From positions 2,048 through 66,047 of the forward strand of contig CAYGQC010000001.1 in NCBI GenBank assembly GCA_964351875.1: a stretch of 64,000 nt of DNA, given 5' to 3'. Shown here one piece after another: positions 19,897 through 30,068 of the stretch; position 1 is the stretch's first letter; each line of letters starts with the position of its first letter. The position numbers and the translations under genes were made by a program. The stretch comes from an uncultured Pseudomonadales bacterium (lineage in GTDB: Bacteria; Pseudomonadota; Gammaproteobacteria; Pseudomonadales; Azotimanducaceae). Below the pieces are notes generated by a model that saw only the letters and a list, made by a program, of their open reading frames with translations, ran no database searches and was not told the DNA's origin.

Positions 19897-21165
19897 TCAG
19901 TGTGGAGCGCCGCCCGCCGCCTGTCGCTGATCCGAAAATTCCCGCAGCACCTCGTCGCGAGCGACGATGGTTAACGCCATGGAGCCATCCTCCTGAACAT
20001 CTTCGCTGACGACAGCTCCACGCTGATACAGCCAGGAACGCAGCCTACCCTCAGAGGGCGCCAAAAGAACCTGTACCTGTGGCTGAGCCCCGAGCAGCCT
20101 GCCTATGCGATCGAGCAGTTCCGGCAGACCAGCACCAGTGAGGGCGCTCACCGCGAGATGTGCATCATCCGCAGGCAACCAGTTATCTTCCCTGGCTAGC
20201 AGATCAGCCTTGTTATAGACAATCAGCCGCGGCAGCTCATGTGCGCCTATTTCTCGCAGAACTGCATTGACGTCGTCAATTCGCAAATCGCGATCCTCGT
20301 CACTCGCATCCACCACCTGCAGCAGAAGATCAGCGCCCGCCACTTCTTCGAGCGTGGCCTTGAATGCATCGACAAGCGCGTGCGGCAACTGGCTGATGAA
20401 GCCAACCGTATCCGCCAGGACAACATCACCAATACCGGCCAGCTCCAGCGAGCGCATCGTCGGGTCCAGCGTGGCGAACAGCCTGTCTTCAGCCAGCACC
20501 GCAGCGTTGGTCAGCGCATTGAAGAGGGTCGATTTACCCGCGTTGGTATAGCCAACGAGCGCAACAACAGGCGTGCCAGCCCGCGAGCGTCGGCGTCGGC
20601 CCTGCGCTCGCCGGCTGGCCACCGTCTCAAGTTTGGCCTTCAGCGACTTGATGCGCTCAGCCAGCATCCGCTGATCCAGCTCGATCTGAGTCTCACCGGC
20701 ACCGCGCAAACCGATACCACCTTTCTGTCGGTCAAGGTGCGTCCAGCCTCGCACGAGCCGAGTCTGGGCGTGCTCCAGATGGGCGAGCTCAACTTGCAGC
20801 TTGCCTTCGTGGGTACGCGCACGATCCGCGAAGATGTGCAGGATCAATTCGGTTCGAGGTACGACGCGACACTCGAGTTCAGCTTCCAGGTTGCGCTGCT
20901 GCCCGGCGGAAAGCTCGTGATTGACCAACAGCAGATCCAGCTCTTCCGCAACTAACAGGTCGCGAATCTCGTCAACCTTGCCTGGTCCGACAAACGTCTT
21001 GGGATGGGGTGTCTCACGCGAGGCCGTAACACTGACCACGGGCTCGAGCTCGGCGCTGCGCGCGAGCTCCGATAGCTCCGACAACTCAAAGTCGACATCA
21101 AGGCTGGATTGCTTCAATTGCAACAGCAGGGCTCGCCTGCCCGCTTCTGGACGATCGTAGAACAT
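19897..21165 (-). CDS. hflX: GTPase HflX
   Basis: HflX N-domain plus G-domain (VGYTNAGKSTLFN, DTVGF, NKAD). GGAG lies 8-11 nt upstream of the ATG. Confidence 0.95.
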   Translation of the reverse strand: MFYDRPEAGRRALLLQLKQSSLDVDFELSELSELARSAELEPVVSVTASRETPHPKTFVGPGKVDEIRDLLVAEELDLLLVNHELSAGQQRNLEAELECRVVPRTELILHIFADRARTHEGKLQVELAHLEHAQTRLVRGWTHLDRQKGGIGLRGAGETQIELDQRMLAERIKSLKAKLETVASRRAQGRRRRSRAGTPVVALVGYTNAGKSTLFNALTNAAVLAEDRLFATLDPTMRSLELAGIGDVVLADTVGFISQLPHALVDAFKATLEEVAGADLLLQVVDASDEDRDLRIDDVNAVLREIGAHELPRLIVYNKADLLAREDNWLPADDAHLAVSALTGAGLPELLDRIGRLLGAQPQVQVLLAPSEGRLRSWLYQRGAVVSEDVQEDGSMALTIVARDEVLREFSDQRQAAGGAPH

Positions 21166-21734
21166 ACAAGAACTCCATGACTGCTCGAGTCATTTGGCGC
21201 GGCCGTTCACCAGGCCCGGCTATCTCATCAGACTCACCAGACCGGGACAGCCTCGCTACAGGCTCAGACAACTGCAAACCTATGTTTTGGCGATGCCTTA
21301 CGCACCCAACTGCCGAACCACAGCCGCCTCAACGCTCTCTTTGCCAATCGATTGGCGCGGAAGGCTCATCAACGCATCGCAATGATGGTGAGCGACCAGC
21401 ACTCGCCCGACGAGACCGGGTATCCGCCCTCCGGGCACACACGAGAAATCAATAGGGCACAGGCATACAGCACTTAACGTTGTCGTCTGTTCTTACTTCA
21501 TCGTCTTAAGAATCCACCTGATATCTCGCTTTCAGAATCACTGTGTCGAATACTCCGGCCGACGAGGGCAAGTAGGGGGCTGTCATTCCTGCCCGGAGTT
21601 CGCAGCGCGAGGCCGGCACCAAGCCAACCAGTCAGCTCGCAGCCTACTACGTTCTGCCCATGGACATAGTCATCAACGGCTTTTTCCATCGCCAGGCGCA
21701 AATGGCTGAATGTCAGGGCAAACCCGCCAGCCCA

Positions 21735-21770
21735 GATGCCTTAGTCGATGTCTTAGTCGATGCCTTAGTA
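21735..21770. repeat. Tandem repeat of 3 x 12 bp (GATGCCTTAGTC / GATGTCTTAGTC / GATGCCTTAGTA)
   Basis: Read directly. It lies about 80-115 nt downstream of the hfq stop, in the hfq-hflX spacer. Confidence 0.9.
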
Positions 21771-21848
21771 ATAGGCGTAGCCGTGATCGAAGACGCCCGG
21801 CGTTCGCAGTGAACTGCGAGGTGATCTCAGACGACCTAGACCCGCGCG

Positions 21849-22124
21849 TCAGGACTCTTCTGCGTCCGCGTCCGCCTCAGCGTCGTCACCAGCCTTGCCA
21901 TCCTTGCTCGGCGCAAGCTTCACATTGCGCGAGGGCACGACGGTAGAGATGGCGTGCTTGTAGACCATCTGGCTGACGGAATTGCGCAGCAACACAACAA
22001 ACTGATCGAACGATTCGATCTGGCCCTGAAGCTTGATGCCATTCACGAGGTAAATGGACACAGGGACGCGTTCCTTGCGTAGGGCGTTCAGATAAGGGTC
22101 TTGTAATGAGTGCCCTTTTGACAT
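21849..22124 (-). CDS. hfq: RNA chaperone Hfq
   Basis: [46 protein letters not shown]. Start set to the ATG at 22124; the 119-aa ORF in the track is an upstream extension. Acidic C-terminal tail. Confidence 0.97.
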   Translation of the reverse strand: MSKGHSLQDPYLNALRKERVPVSIYLVNGIKLQGQIESFDQFVVLLRNSVSQMVYKHAISTVVPSRNVKLAPSKDGKAGDDAEADADAEES

Positions 22125-22245
22125 CGTGGTCTCCTTGAACCTGGCGTCGTCTCCTTGAGACCTATTCCTGAGCAGAAGCCTTGAGAATAAGCACGGCCGG
22201 TCGAGCAAAAACCCGGAAAAAACCGACTGAACCGACGTTAGAGCA

Positions 22246-23190
22246 TCATGGCAGGTTGCTCAGCGTTTGCAATACTGAGCCCGCGAGGAGCGCCGCAGGA
22301 GCCCCCGGAAGCCGCTCGAGATCCGGCCAGCTGCGCAGCCAGGTCAACTGACGCTTTGCCAACTGGCGAGTCGCGGCACAACCACGCTCAAACAGATCTG
22401 ACTCACCGTCAATCTCACCCCGAAGATACTCGCACACCTGCCGGTAGCCCACTGATCGCAGCGCCGGCAGATCCGGGTCATAGCGCTCAAGGAGCCCCTC
22501 AACTTCGGCAACCAGGCCGGCATCGAGCATCCCTTTGAAGCGAGCCGCAATGCGGCGGTGCAGCTCGGCGCGCTCGGGTATGTCGAGCGCTACCTGACTC
22601 AATTGCGCAGACAGGCGAAGGCTCGCAGCTTGGCCGCTGGCGCGCCACTGGCCAGACATGGATTCACCCGAGAGCTCCACCACTTCCAACGCGCGCAGCA
22701 GCCGCTGGTGATTGTTGGGATGAATACCCGCTGCAACCGTTGGATCAAGGCGCGCCAGCTCAGCGTGCATGGCTGGCCAGCCAACTCGTTCCGCTTTCTC
22801 GGACAGGGCGCGCCGCAGTTCGGGGTCAGCTTCGGGTAGCGACGCAATACCATCCCGGAAGCTTCGGAAATAGAGCATCGTGCCGCCGACCAGCACCGGC
22901 AACTCGCCGGCAGCAAAGGCTCTCTCGCAGGCGGCATCCGCGTCGCGCACGAAGTCCGCCGCTGAATAGATGTCGTCGGGCTCCCGGATATCGATGAGCT
23001 CGTGGGGATAGCGGGCGAGCGTCTCTGGATCAGGCTTGGCGCTGCCAATATTCAGGCCTCGATAAACCTGCGCCGAATCCACGCTGATAAGGCGGCAGGG
23101 CTGCGTATCGGCCAGCGCAAAAGCCAGCTCCGTCTTGCCGGCCGCTGTTGCTCCCAGAAGACACAGCACCTGCCGGGGCGCACTGGACAC
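22246..23190 (-). CDS. miaA: tRNA dimethylallyltransferase
   Basis: [11 protein letters not shown]-loop, [18 protein letters not shown]. Confidence 0.95.
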   Translation of the reverse strand: MSSAPRQVLCLLGATAAGKTELAFALADTQPCRLISVDSAQVYRGLNIGSAKPDPETLARYPHELIDIREPDDIYSAADFVRDADAACERAFAAGELPVLVGGTMLYFRSFRDGIASLPEADPELRRALSEKAERVGWPAMHAELARLDPTVAAGIHPNNHQRLLRALEVVELSGESMSGQWRASGQAASLRLSAQLSQVALDIPERAELHRRIAARFKGMLDAGLVAEVEGLLERYDPDLPALRSVGYRQVCEYLRGEIDGESDLFERGCAATRQLAKRQLTWLRSWPDLERLPGAPAALLAGSVLQTLSNLP

Positions 23191-23195
23191 CGGTA

Positions 23196-25055
23196 TCAGC
23201 GCCCGCGCATGAAGATCTGGTCGAGCTGAGCCAGCGTCTGGACGCGATAGGTCGGCCGACCATGGTTACATTGGCCCGCATTCTCGGTGACTTCCATTTC
23301 CCGCAGCAGAGCGTTCATTTCAGTGACGGTCAATCGCCGGCCAGCGCGCACGGAATGATGACAAGCCATTGTGGAGAGCAACTCGTCGCGATGGGCGGCG
23401 ACCGCCTCAATGCCGGTGCTGTCATCGTCATAGCCGGCAAGGTCCGACAGCACGTCGCGCAGCAACGCAGCAGCGTCGCCACCCGACAGCCAAACCGGCA
23501 CCTCACGCACCATCACCGACTCCGGTCGCCGACGCTCAACCAGCAACCCCAGCTCCTCCAGAGCCGGCGCAAACCGTTCAGCCATATCGGCATCTGCCTG
23601 AGCCAGGAGCACCTCCTGGGGAACCAACAAGCGCTGGCGCGCCACGCCATCGGCGGCCCCGGCCGCTTTGAGCTTTTCGTAGGTCACCCGCTCATGAGCA
23701 GCGTGGGCATCGACGACAACCATGCCCTCCGCGTTCTCCGCGAGAATGTAGATGCCGTGCAATTGCGCCAGGGCAAAGCCCAGCGGCGGTATCGCCTGCG
23801 CTTCGTCCGGGCTTTGAGTGCTCGGCGTCGCACCAGCAACCTGCTCACCGCGACGCGCAAATTCTGCTGCAGGCGAGGCGATCAGCGGCTCCCGTCCAAG
23901 CGAGGCCTCTGCAAACGGTGGCGGCTGGCGCCAGTTGCCCGCCGCTTGCGCGGAATTGAGCGCCAAGCCTCTCTGTTGCGACAGCTGAGCTGCCCCGGCG
24001 CTGACGCTGCCCGGCGGCTGACTCACGATAGGCGCCGCCTGCACATCGCCTGGCCGCAACTCACGCAGCGCTCGGTGCAGGCGAGAGAAAATAAAGTCGT
24101 GCACGGTGCGTGCTTCGCGAAACCGCACTTCGTGTTTGGTCGGATGAACATTAACGTCCACCAGTTCCGGATCGAGCTCGAGATACAACGCGAACACGAC
24201 GTGCCGACCGTGGAAGGTGACGTCTCGATAGGCCTGCCGCACGGCGTGAGCAACGATCTTGTCCCGCACATGCCGGCCGTTGACGAAGAAATACTGCTGA
24301 TCCGCATTGCTGCGAGTTAGGGTCGGCTCGGCAACCCAGCCGTGCAGTCGCAGCCCATCGGGCAGCGATTCGTCGATCGCCAGGCTGCGCTGGGGGAACT
24401 CGCGCCCGAGAATGCTGCCGAGGCGACGTAGCGGCTCACCACCCGGCAAACGCAGGCCGGCCCGGCCTCTGATATTCAGCTCGAACGCCACGCGGAAATT
24501 CGCCAACGCGAGTCGCCTGACCGTGGTTTCGATGTGGTTTTGTTCCGTTCGTTCGGTCTTCAGGAACTTGCGCCGGGCGGGTGTGTTGAAGAACAGATCT
24601 TTCACTTCCACCGTTGTGCCTGGCGGGTGCGCCGCCGGCACAACTTCGCCGCCGCGCTCGCCCGCGATGCGGATCTGCCACGCATCACCACTATTTGCCT
24701 CGCGCGAGGTTATCGTCAGAATCGATACCGAAGCCGCGCTGGCGAGTGCTTCGCCGCGAAACCCGAGACTGGCAATTCCGGCGAGATCGGACGCCTGGCG
24801 AATCTTGCTGGTGGCGTGGCGCGAGATGGCGAGCGGCAGGTCGTCGCGATGGATACCCACACCGTCGTCGCGAACACTGATGCGCTTGATACCGCCGCCC
24901 TCGATATCGATGCGAATACTGCTGGCCCCGGCATCAATGGCGTTCTCGACCAGCTCTTTAACGATGGAAGCCGGCCGCTCAACCACCTCGCCTGCCGCGA
25001 TCTGGTCGGCAACGAAACTGTCTAGCCTGGCGATTCTTTGGGCGGGGGAACTCAC
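23196..25055 (-). CDS. mutL: DNA mismatch repair protein MutL
   Basis: IAAGEVVERPASIVKELVENAIDAGA and GFRGEAL (GHKL ATPase), with a C-terminal dimerisation domain. Confidence 0.96.
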   Translation of the reverse strand: MSSPAQRIARLDSFVADQIAAGEVVERPASIVKELVENAIDAGASSIRIDIEGGGIKRISVRDDGVGIHRDDLPLAISRHATSKIRQASDLAGIASLGFRGEALASAASVSILTITSREANSGDAWQIRIAGERGGEVVPAAHPPGTTVEVKDLFFNTPARRKFLKTERTEQNHIETTVRRLALANFRVAFELNIRGRAGLRLPGGEPLRRLGSILGREFPQRSLAIDESLPDGLRLHGWVAEPTLTRSNADQQYFFVNGRHVRDKIVAHAVRQAYRDVTFHGRHVVFALYLELDPELVDVNVHPTKHEVRFREARTVHDFIFSRLHRALRELRPGDVQAAPIVSQPPGSVSAGAAQLSQQRGLALNSAQAAGNWRQPPPFAEASLGREPLIASPAAEFARRGEQVAGATPSTQSPDEAQAIPPLGFALAQLHGIYILAENAEGMVVVDAHAAHERVTYEKLKAAGAADGVARQRLLVPQEVLLAQADADMAERFAPALEELGLLVERRRPESVMVREVPVWLSGGDAAALLRDVLSDLAGYDDDSTGIEAVAAHRDELLSTMACHHSVRAGRRLTVTEMNALLREMEVTENAGQCNHGRPTYRVQTLAQLDQIFMRGR

Positions 25056-26386
25056 GAACTGGTCGGTATCACGAGAACCTGGCCAATGCGCAGACGATCG
25101 TTCGCGAGCGAATTCGCCGAGCGCAGTGCCCGAGTGCTGATGCCATAGCGCATCGCGATTTCGGACAGGGTATCGCCAGGCTCTATCCGATAGCGCTGGG
25201 GCTCCGAGGCGGAACGGCTGGCCAACAGCGTGCCAGTCGGCGGCTCGGCTTTCAGATACGCCTGAATGCCGGCGCTCACCGCTTTCGCGATCTTGCGCTG
25301 ATGCTCGCGCTGGCTCAGTCGTTTGGCTTCGCTCGGGTTCGACAGGTAACCGGTCTCCACCAGAATCGACGGCATATCCGGTGATTTCAGAACCACAAAA
25401 CCAGCCTGCTCGATGCGCCGTTTGTGCAGCTTGGTGACCTTGCCGAGCTCATAGGCTACGGTTTCCGCGGCCGCCAGACTCGCCGCCAGGGAGGCGTCCA
25501 TCGACAGCTCCCACAGCACTTTTGCCAGCAGTGGGTCCTTGTCATCGAGGCTCACGGAGCCGACTCCGCCGATCAGATCCGAGGCATTCTCGCGATCGGC
25601 AAGCCAGCGCGCCTGCTCGCTCGTCGCGCCTTTATTGGACAAGGTATAGACCGACGCGCCCGTCACCTCGGACGATCTGAATGCGTCCGCGTGAATGGAG
25701 ACGAAGAGATCCGCGCGCTGCTCCCGGGCAATACGCGTGCGATCAGGCAGCGCGATGTAGTAATCGCCATCACGCACGAGGAACGCCTCAAAGCCATCAA
25801 CGCCATCCAGCAGGCGCTTGATCTCCCGGGCAATGCTCAGCACAACCTGCTTTTCATAAACCTTACCCTGGCCTATCGCGCCCGGGTCTTCACCGCCGTG
25901 GCCGGCATCGATCGCGACCAGCACGTTGCGATTGCGCTTGGGTGCTGCCGGTGGCTTGACTGGTTTGGCGGAGGCATCAACCAAGTCGACCACGAGGCGG
26001 TGGCCATAGGGCGAAACTGGCGCGAGCGTGAAATGTCGCGGTTCAAGCGGTCGGTTCAGATCGAGCACTACGCGGTAGCCATTGCCGCGCGCGCCACCGC
26101 GGATGCTTTTGACATCGCGGTTGCTGGACAGCACGTCGGTATCGAACCCGCGCACGGCGGACACATCGAACAGATCGACCACCACGCGGCTCGGGTTGTC
26201 TAGCGTAAACAGCTCGTAACGAACCGGCGAGCGGGTATCGAGAACGAGGCGCGTGTAGTCCGGCGCCTGGTGCGAGCGAATGCCGCGCAGGTCATCAGCC
26301 GCCGCGCCCGGCGCCACAGCCAGCAGCGCCGTGATAAACAGGATCAACGGGATCAACAGCAGTGGTGGTTCAGCTCTGGCAGACAT
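25052..26386 (-). CDS. amiB: N-acetylmuramoyl-L-alanine amidase (AmiB/AmiC type) with C-terminal LysM
   Basis: AMIN-like N-domain, Amidase_3 core (IDAGHGGEDPGA, SIHADA), and a LysM domain (YRIEPGDTLSEIAMRYG). Start chosen at the ATG at 26386, giving a signal peptide. ATGA overlap with mutL. Confidence 0.9.
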   Translation of the reverse strand: MSARAEPPLLLIPLILFITALLAVAPGAAADDLRGIRSHQAPDYTRLVLDTRSPVRYELFTLDNPSRVVVDLFDVSAVRGFDTDVLSSNRDVKSIRGGARGNGYRVVLDLNRPLEPRHFTLAPVSPYGHRLVVDLVDASAKPVKPPAAPKRNRNVLVAIDAGHGGEDPGAIGQGKVYEKQVVLSIAREIKRLLDGVDGFEAFLVRDGDYYIALPDRTRIAREQRADLFVSIHADAFRSSEVTGASVYTLSNKGATSEQARWLADRENASDLIGGVGSVSLDDKDPLLAKVLWELSMDASLAASLAAAETVAYELGKVTKLHKRRIEQAGFVVLKSPDMPSILVETGYLSNPSEAKRLSQREHQRKIAKAVSAGIQAYLKAEPPTGTLLASRSASEPQRYRIEPGDTLSEIAMRYGISTRALRSANSLANDRLRIGQVLVIPTSS

Positions 26387-26786
26387 TAAGCGTTCGGCCC
26401 GTTCCTTCGACAGCAAGCGACACAGTGACATCCGCTGGCGCGATGATCCCCGCGCCCTGCTCCGGCCATTCGATGAGCTTGAGCGCCGGCGATGTCAGCA
26501 GCTCGTCGATGCCAATAAGGAGCAACTCTTCGGGATCGTTTATTCGGTAGAGATCAAAATGATATATGTCGCGGCCATCGATCTCATAGGGTTCCAGCAG
26601 CGTGTAGGTGGGGCTCTTAACCGCCCCTGAATAGCCGAGGCTGCGCAGCATGCCACGCACGAGCGTGGTCTTGCCCGCCCCAAGGTCGCCGCTGAGGTAG
26701 ACAATACTATCCGGCGCCAGGCTTTTGATCAGCTCGGCACCTGCAGCTTCGGTGGCCGCCTCATCGGCGAGAAACCGGCCGGCCAC
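26370..26786 (-). CDS. tsaE: tRNA t6A37 biosynthesis ATPase TsaE (YjeE)
   Basis: LSGDLGAGKTTLVRG Walker A, SPTYTL, HFDLYR. GTG start. Confidence 0.9.
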   Translation of the reverse strand: MAGRFLADEAATEAAGAELIKSLAPDSIVYLSGDLGAGKTTLVRGMLRSLGYSGAVKSPTYTLLEPYEIDGRDIYHFDLYRINDPEELLLIGIDELLTSPALKLIEWPEQGAGIIAPADVTVSLAVEGTGRTLNVCQS

Positions 26787-28285
26787 TACGTTACCTCGCT
26801 GGCCGAACGGCGCGTCAGCAACGACAACTCATCAATAACATCGCTCGCAAGTAACGACAGCTCGCCCGTGCGGGTGCTGGCGGCATCCGCCGAGGCGCTA
26901 TGCAGAGCAACCGCCGTAGCTAGCTGATCGAAAGCATCTCCGGCTGCGTTGCCAAGCATTGCAGCCGCCACGCCACAGAGCACGTCACCCATTCCGCCGC
27001 TGGCCATACCGGGATTGCCATGGGCGCAGACCGAGAGCCGCCCATCCGGTCCGGCGACGACTGATCCGGGGCCCTTTAATACGACATAAGCGTCATAGCG
27101 TTCTGCCATTCGAACGGCCGCCGTATATCGATCGGCTTCAACCTCGTTCGCCGTCATTGAGAGCAGCCGCGCCGCTTCGCCCACGTGGGGCGTTAACAGC
27201 CACGGGGAACAATGACCCGGTGCACCGTATCGCTGTGCCAGATCCGCCAGCCAGAAGAGACCATCGGCATCGATCACACTCGGACGATCAGCCGCCAGCG
27301 CATACTCGAACTGCTGCCGGCCCCAGGCCTGGCGGCCCAGGCCCGGGCCGAGAGCAACCACGTCGGCCCGCATCAGACCTCGAGCCGGATCGTCAGTGAC
27401 CATGACTTCCGGACAGCGAACCTGCAGGCCCGTTCGATGCTCAGCGCGAGTCAGCGCCGTCACAAGCCCAGCCCCCGACCTCAACGCCGCCTCACTGGCC
27501 AGGGTTACCGCGCCGGCCATGCCATGGTCGCCGCCGATCACGAGAACATGGCCGGCATCGCCTTTATGGTCGCGCCGCCCGCGCGTGGGCAACGCCCGCC
27601 GATCAAAACAATGCCAGGGTACGCCGATGCTGCGATCCGTCTCGGTATAGCCCAGATCGTCGAGCAGTAGACGCCCGGTCACGTCCAGGCCAGGGCCCGT
27701 CACACAGCCGCGCTTGGCGCCGAGAAACGTGATGGTGGCATCCGCGGCTACCGCATCGCCGGCAATACCGCCGCTGTCCGCGACGAGGCCACTGGGTAGA
27801 TCAAGCGCAAAAACCGGGGAATCCGCCGCATTGATCGCTTCGACCGCCGCGCGATAGGCCGGCCGCAGATCGCCCGACAGACCGGTTCCAAGCAATGCGT
27901 CGACAATCACGTCGCAGCGCCAGTCCACCAGGTCAGGGTCATCACCAGCCATGACAGGAACACGTGCGGCAAGAGCGGATTCCTGCGCTTTTAGCGCGTC
28001 GCCCTGCAGGGCATCGGCACGGCCAAGCTGCCAAACCCGCACAGAAAATCCTGCTTTCCTGGCAAGCTCAGCCACCACGTAACCGTCACCGGCATTGTTG
28101 CCTTTGCCGCAGCACACCAGCAGCGAGTTTGCGTCGGGCCACAAATCTGTGAGGCTGTCGAAGGCCGCCCGGCCAGCGCGTCTCATGAGCTCAAATGTCG
28201 GGATTCCGAGCGAGGTAGATGCACGCTCATCCAGCCGCCGGCTTTGCGCGCTTGTGTACACTCTGTCGACGCCGATTAACGACAC
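26786..28285 (-). CDS. nnr: Bifunctional NAD(P)H-hydrate repair enzyme (epimerase/dehydratase, YjeF)
   Basis: YjeF_N (GKGNNAGDGYV) plus a carbohydrate-kinase-like C-domain (GPGLG, GGMGDVL). Start placed at the GTG at 28285, because the longer ORF would overlap divergent queG. The start is uncertain. Confidence 0.85.
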   Translation of the reverse strand: MSLIGVDRVYTSAQSRRLDERASTSLGIPTFELMRRAGRAAFDSLTDLWPDANSLLVCCGKGNNAGDGYVVAELARKAGFSVRVWQLGRADALQGDALKAQESALAARVPVMAGDDPDLVDWRCDVIVDALLGTGLSGDLRPAYRAAVEAINAADSPVFALDLPSGLVADSGGIAGDAVAADATITFLGAKRGCVTGPGLDVTGRLLLDDLGYTETDRSIGVPWHCFDRRALPTRGRRDHKGDAGHVLVIGGDHGMAGAVTLASEAALRSGAGLVTALTRAEHRTGLQVRCPEVMVTDDPARGLMRADVVALGPGLGRQAWGRQQFEYALAADRPSVIDADGLFWLADLAQRYGAPGHCSPWLLTPHVGEAARLLSMTANEVEADRYTAAVRMAERYDAYVVLKGPGSVVAGPDGRLSVCAHGNPGMASGGMGDVLCGVAAAMLGNAAGDAFDQLATAVALHSASADAASTRTGELSLLASDVIDELSLLTRRSASEVT

Positions 28286-28325
28286 GCTTGCCCCATGAAC
28301 AACCCATTGACCGCCGGAGTATAAG

Positions 28326-29405
28326 TTGCCGTCAGTGCATTTGGGGAAGTTGCGGGAGTTGGCCGAGGAAATTCGCCAGTGGGGTGCGCAGGCGGGTTTC
28401 GATGAGATCCGCATTACCGAAGCGGACGTCGGCGAGCACGGCCCGCGGTTCGACGCCTGGCTGGACGCGGGGTTACACGGCGGCGGGGACGGAGACCTTG
28501 GTTACCTCGAGCGGCACCGGGATCTGCGGGTAGAACCGGGGGCGCTCGAGCCAGGCACGCGTCGAGTGATCAGCGCGCGTATGAACTACTTAAGCGCCGA
28601 TGATCCGCAGCCGGTGAAACTGTTAGACCAACCAGACAAAGGCTACATCGCGCGCTATAGCCTGGGCCGCGACTACCACAAGGTGCTACGGCGCAGGCTG
28701 GCTAAACTCGCCACACGCCTGAAAGATGAAGCCGGCGCCAACGTCGCCCGAGCGTTCACAGACTCAGCGCCGGTTTTAGAGAAAGGTCTGGCCGAACGTT
28801 CCGGGCTCGGCTGGATCGGTAAAAACACGCTCCTGCTTAACGCGGACGCCGGCTCGTTTTTTTTCCTTGGCGAGATCTATACCGACCTGGAACTACCTGT
28901 CGATGCACCGACCGAACAGCCGGGCTGCGGCAAATGCTCGGCGTGTATCACCGTGTGCCCGACCCAGGCGTTCGTCGGGCCACAACAACTGGACGCCCGG
29001 CGCTGCATCTCGTATCTGACCATCGAAAACAAAGGCCCGATCCCCGAAGAGTTTCGGGTGGCCATCGGCAATCGGATTTTCGGTTGTGACGACTGCCAGT
29101 TGTTTTGCCCCTGGAATCGCTTCGCGCAACCGAGCAGCGAGGCAGACTTCGCGCCGCGCAACGGGCTGCAACAGCCGGATCTTCTGGATCTGTGGAGTTG
29201 GGACGAAGAGGCGTTTCTGCACAAAACCGAGGGCAGCGCGATACGGCGAATCAACTACCACCAATGGCGGCGCAATCTAGCCATTGCGCTGGGCAACGCG
29301 CCACCGAGCGAGCACGTATTGGCCGCGTTAACCAATGCGCTAGCCGGCGCATCAGACCTCGTGGTTGAGCACATTCAGTGGGCGATCGAACGCCAGCAAG
29401 CCTAG
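28326..29405 (+). CDS. queG: Epoxyqueuosine reductase
   Basis: Two 4Fe-4S motifs (CGKCSACITVCP, CDDCQLFCPWN) and a GWIGKNT motif. TTG start is uncertain. The gene ends with TAG at 29403-29405. Confidence 0.9.
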   Translation: MPSVHLGKLRELAEEIRQWGAQAGFDEIRITEADVGEHGPRFDAWLDAGLHGGGDGDLGYLERHRDLRVEPGALEPGTRRVISARMNYLSADDPQPVKLLDQPDKGYIARYSLGRDYHKVLRRRLAKLATRLKDEAGANVARAFTDSAPVLEKGLAERSGLGWIGKNTLLLNADAGSFFFLGEIYTDLELPVDAPTEQPGCGKCSACITVCPTQAFVGPQQLDARRCISYLTIENKGPIPEEFRVAIGNRIFGCDDCQLFCPWNRFAQPSSEADFAPRNGLQQPDLLDLWSWDEEAFLHKTEGSAIRRINYHQWRRNLAIALGNAPPSEHVLAALTNALAGASDLVVEHIQWAIERQQA

Positions 29406-29414
29406 CGGCGCCTG

Positions 29415-29963
29415 TTAGTCAGACTTACTGATCAGAAAGTGCTCGCGGTAGTGACGCAGCTCATCGATAGACTCTCGAATATCAGACAGCGCCGTGTGTT
29501 CGTTGCGTTTCACGACGCCGCCTGCGACGTCAGGATTCCAGCGCCGCGCCAGTTCTTTCACCGTGCTCACGTCAATGAGTCGATAGTGCAGATAGTCATT
29601 GAGCGCGGGCATGTAGCGGCTGAGGAAACGACGGTCCTGCCAGACCGAGTTGCCGCACAACGGCGCTCGGCCTGCCTCCACATACTCACCGATGAAAGCC
29701 AGCGTGCGAGCCTCGGCTTCCGCTGTGGACACCTTCGACGCTCGCACCCTCTCGGTAAGACCCGACGCGCCGTGGTGGGTAGTGTTCCACTCATCCATAC
29801 CGGCGAGCACGTTATCGCTCACATGAATCGCAAGCTCCGGCCCCTCGGCGATCGTCTCGAGATTGGCGTCGGTGACAATCGTGGCAATCTCGATGATGTG
29901 ATCCGTGGCGGGGATAAGACCCGTCATTTCCAGATCAATCCACACCAGTACGTCCTGACTCAA
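29415..29963 (-). CDS. orn: Oligoribonuclease
   Basis: [11 protein letters not shown] DEDDh exonuclease motif, about 180 aa. Confidence 0.95.
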   Translation of the reverse strand: MSQDVLVWIDLEMTGLIPATDHIIEIATIVTDANLETIAEGPELAIHVSDNVLAGMDEWNTTHHGASGLTERVRASKVSTAEAEARTLAFIGEYVEAGRAPLCGNSVWQDRRFLSRYMPALNDYLHYRLIDVSTVKELARRWNPDVAGGVVKRNEHTALSDIRESIDELRHYREHFLISKSD

Positions 29964-30068
29964 GCTACGCTCCCTATTCCTGTCGACTGACCGTCGCGCA
30001 CTGATTATGGCAAAGACGAGACGCTATTCGGCGTTATCATGCGAGCCTGAATACCCAGGGCCTACGCC

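Noticed and set aside
21498-21812. Small ORFs in the hfq-hflX spacer: 67 aa on the minus strand (21498..21701) and 50 aa on the plus strand (21660..21812).
   Set aside because: They overlap each other on opposite strands and have no SD, no family signature and odd composition. They are not called as genes, and the region is reported as an unexplained spacer instead.
23148-25140. Long plus-strand ORFs (390 aa at 23148..24320 and 277 aa at 24307..25140) antisense to mutL.
   Set aside because: They are Arg/Pro/Ser-rich, lack family motifs and lie entirely inside a well-supported mutL. This is typical shadow-ORF behaviour in GC-rich DNA.
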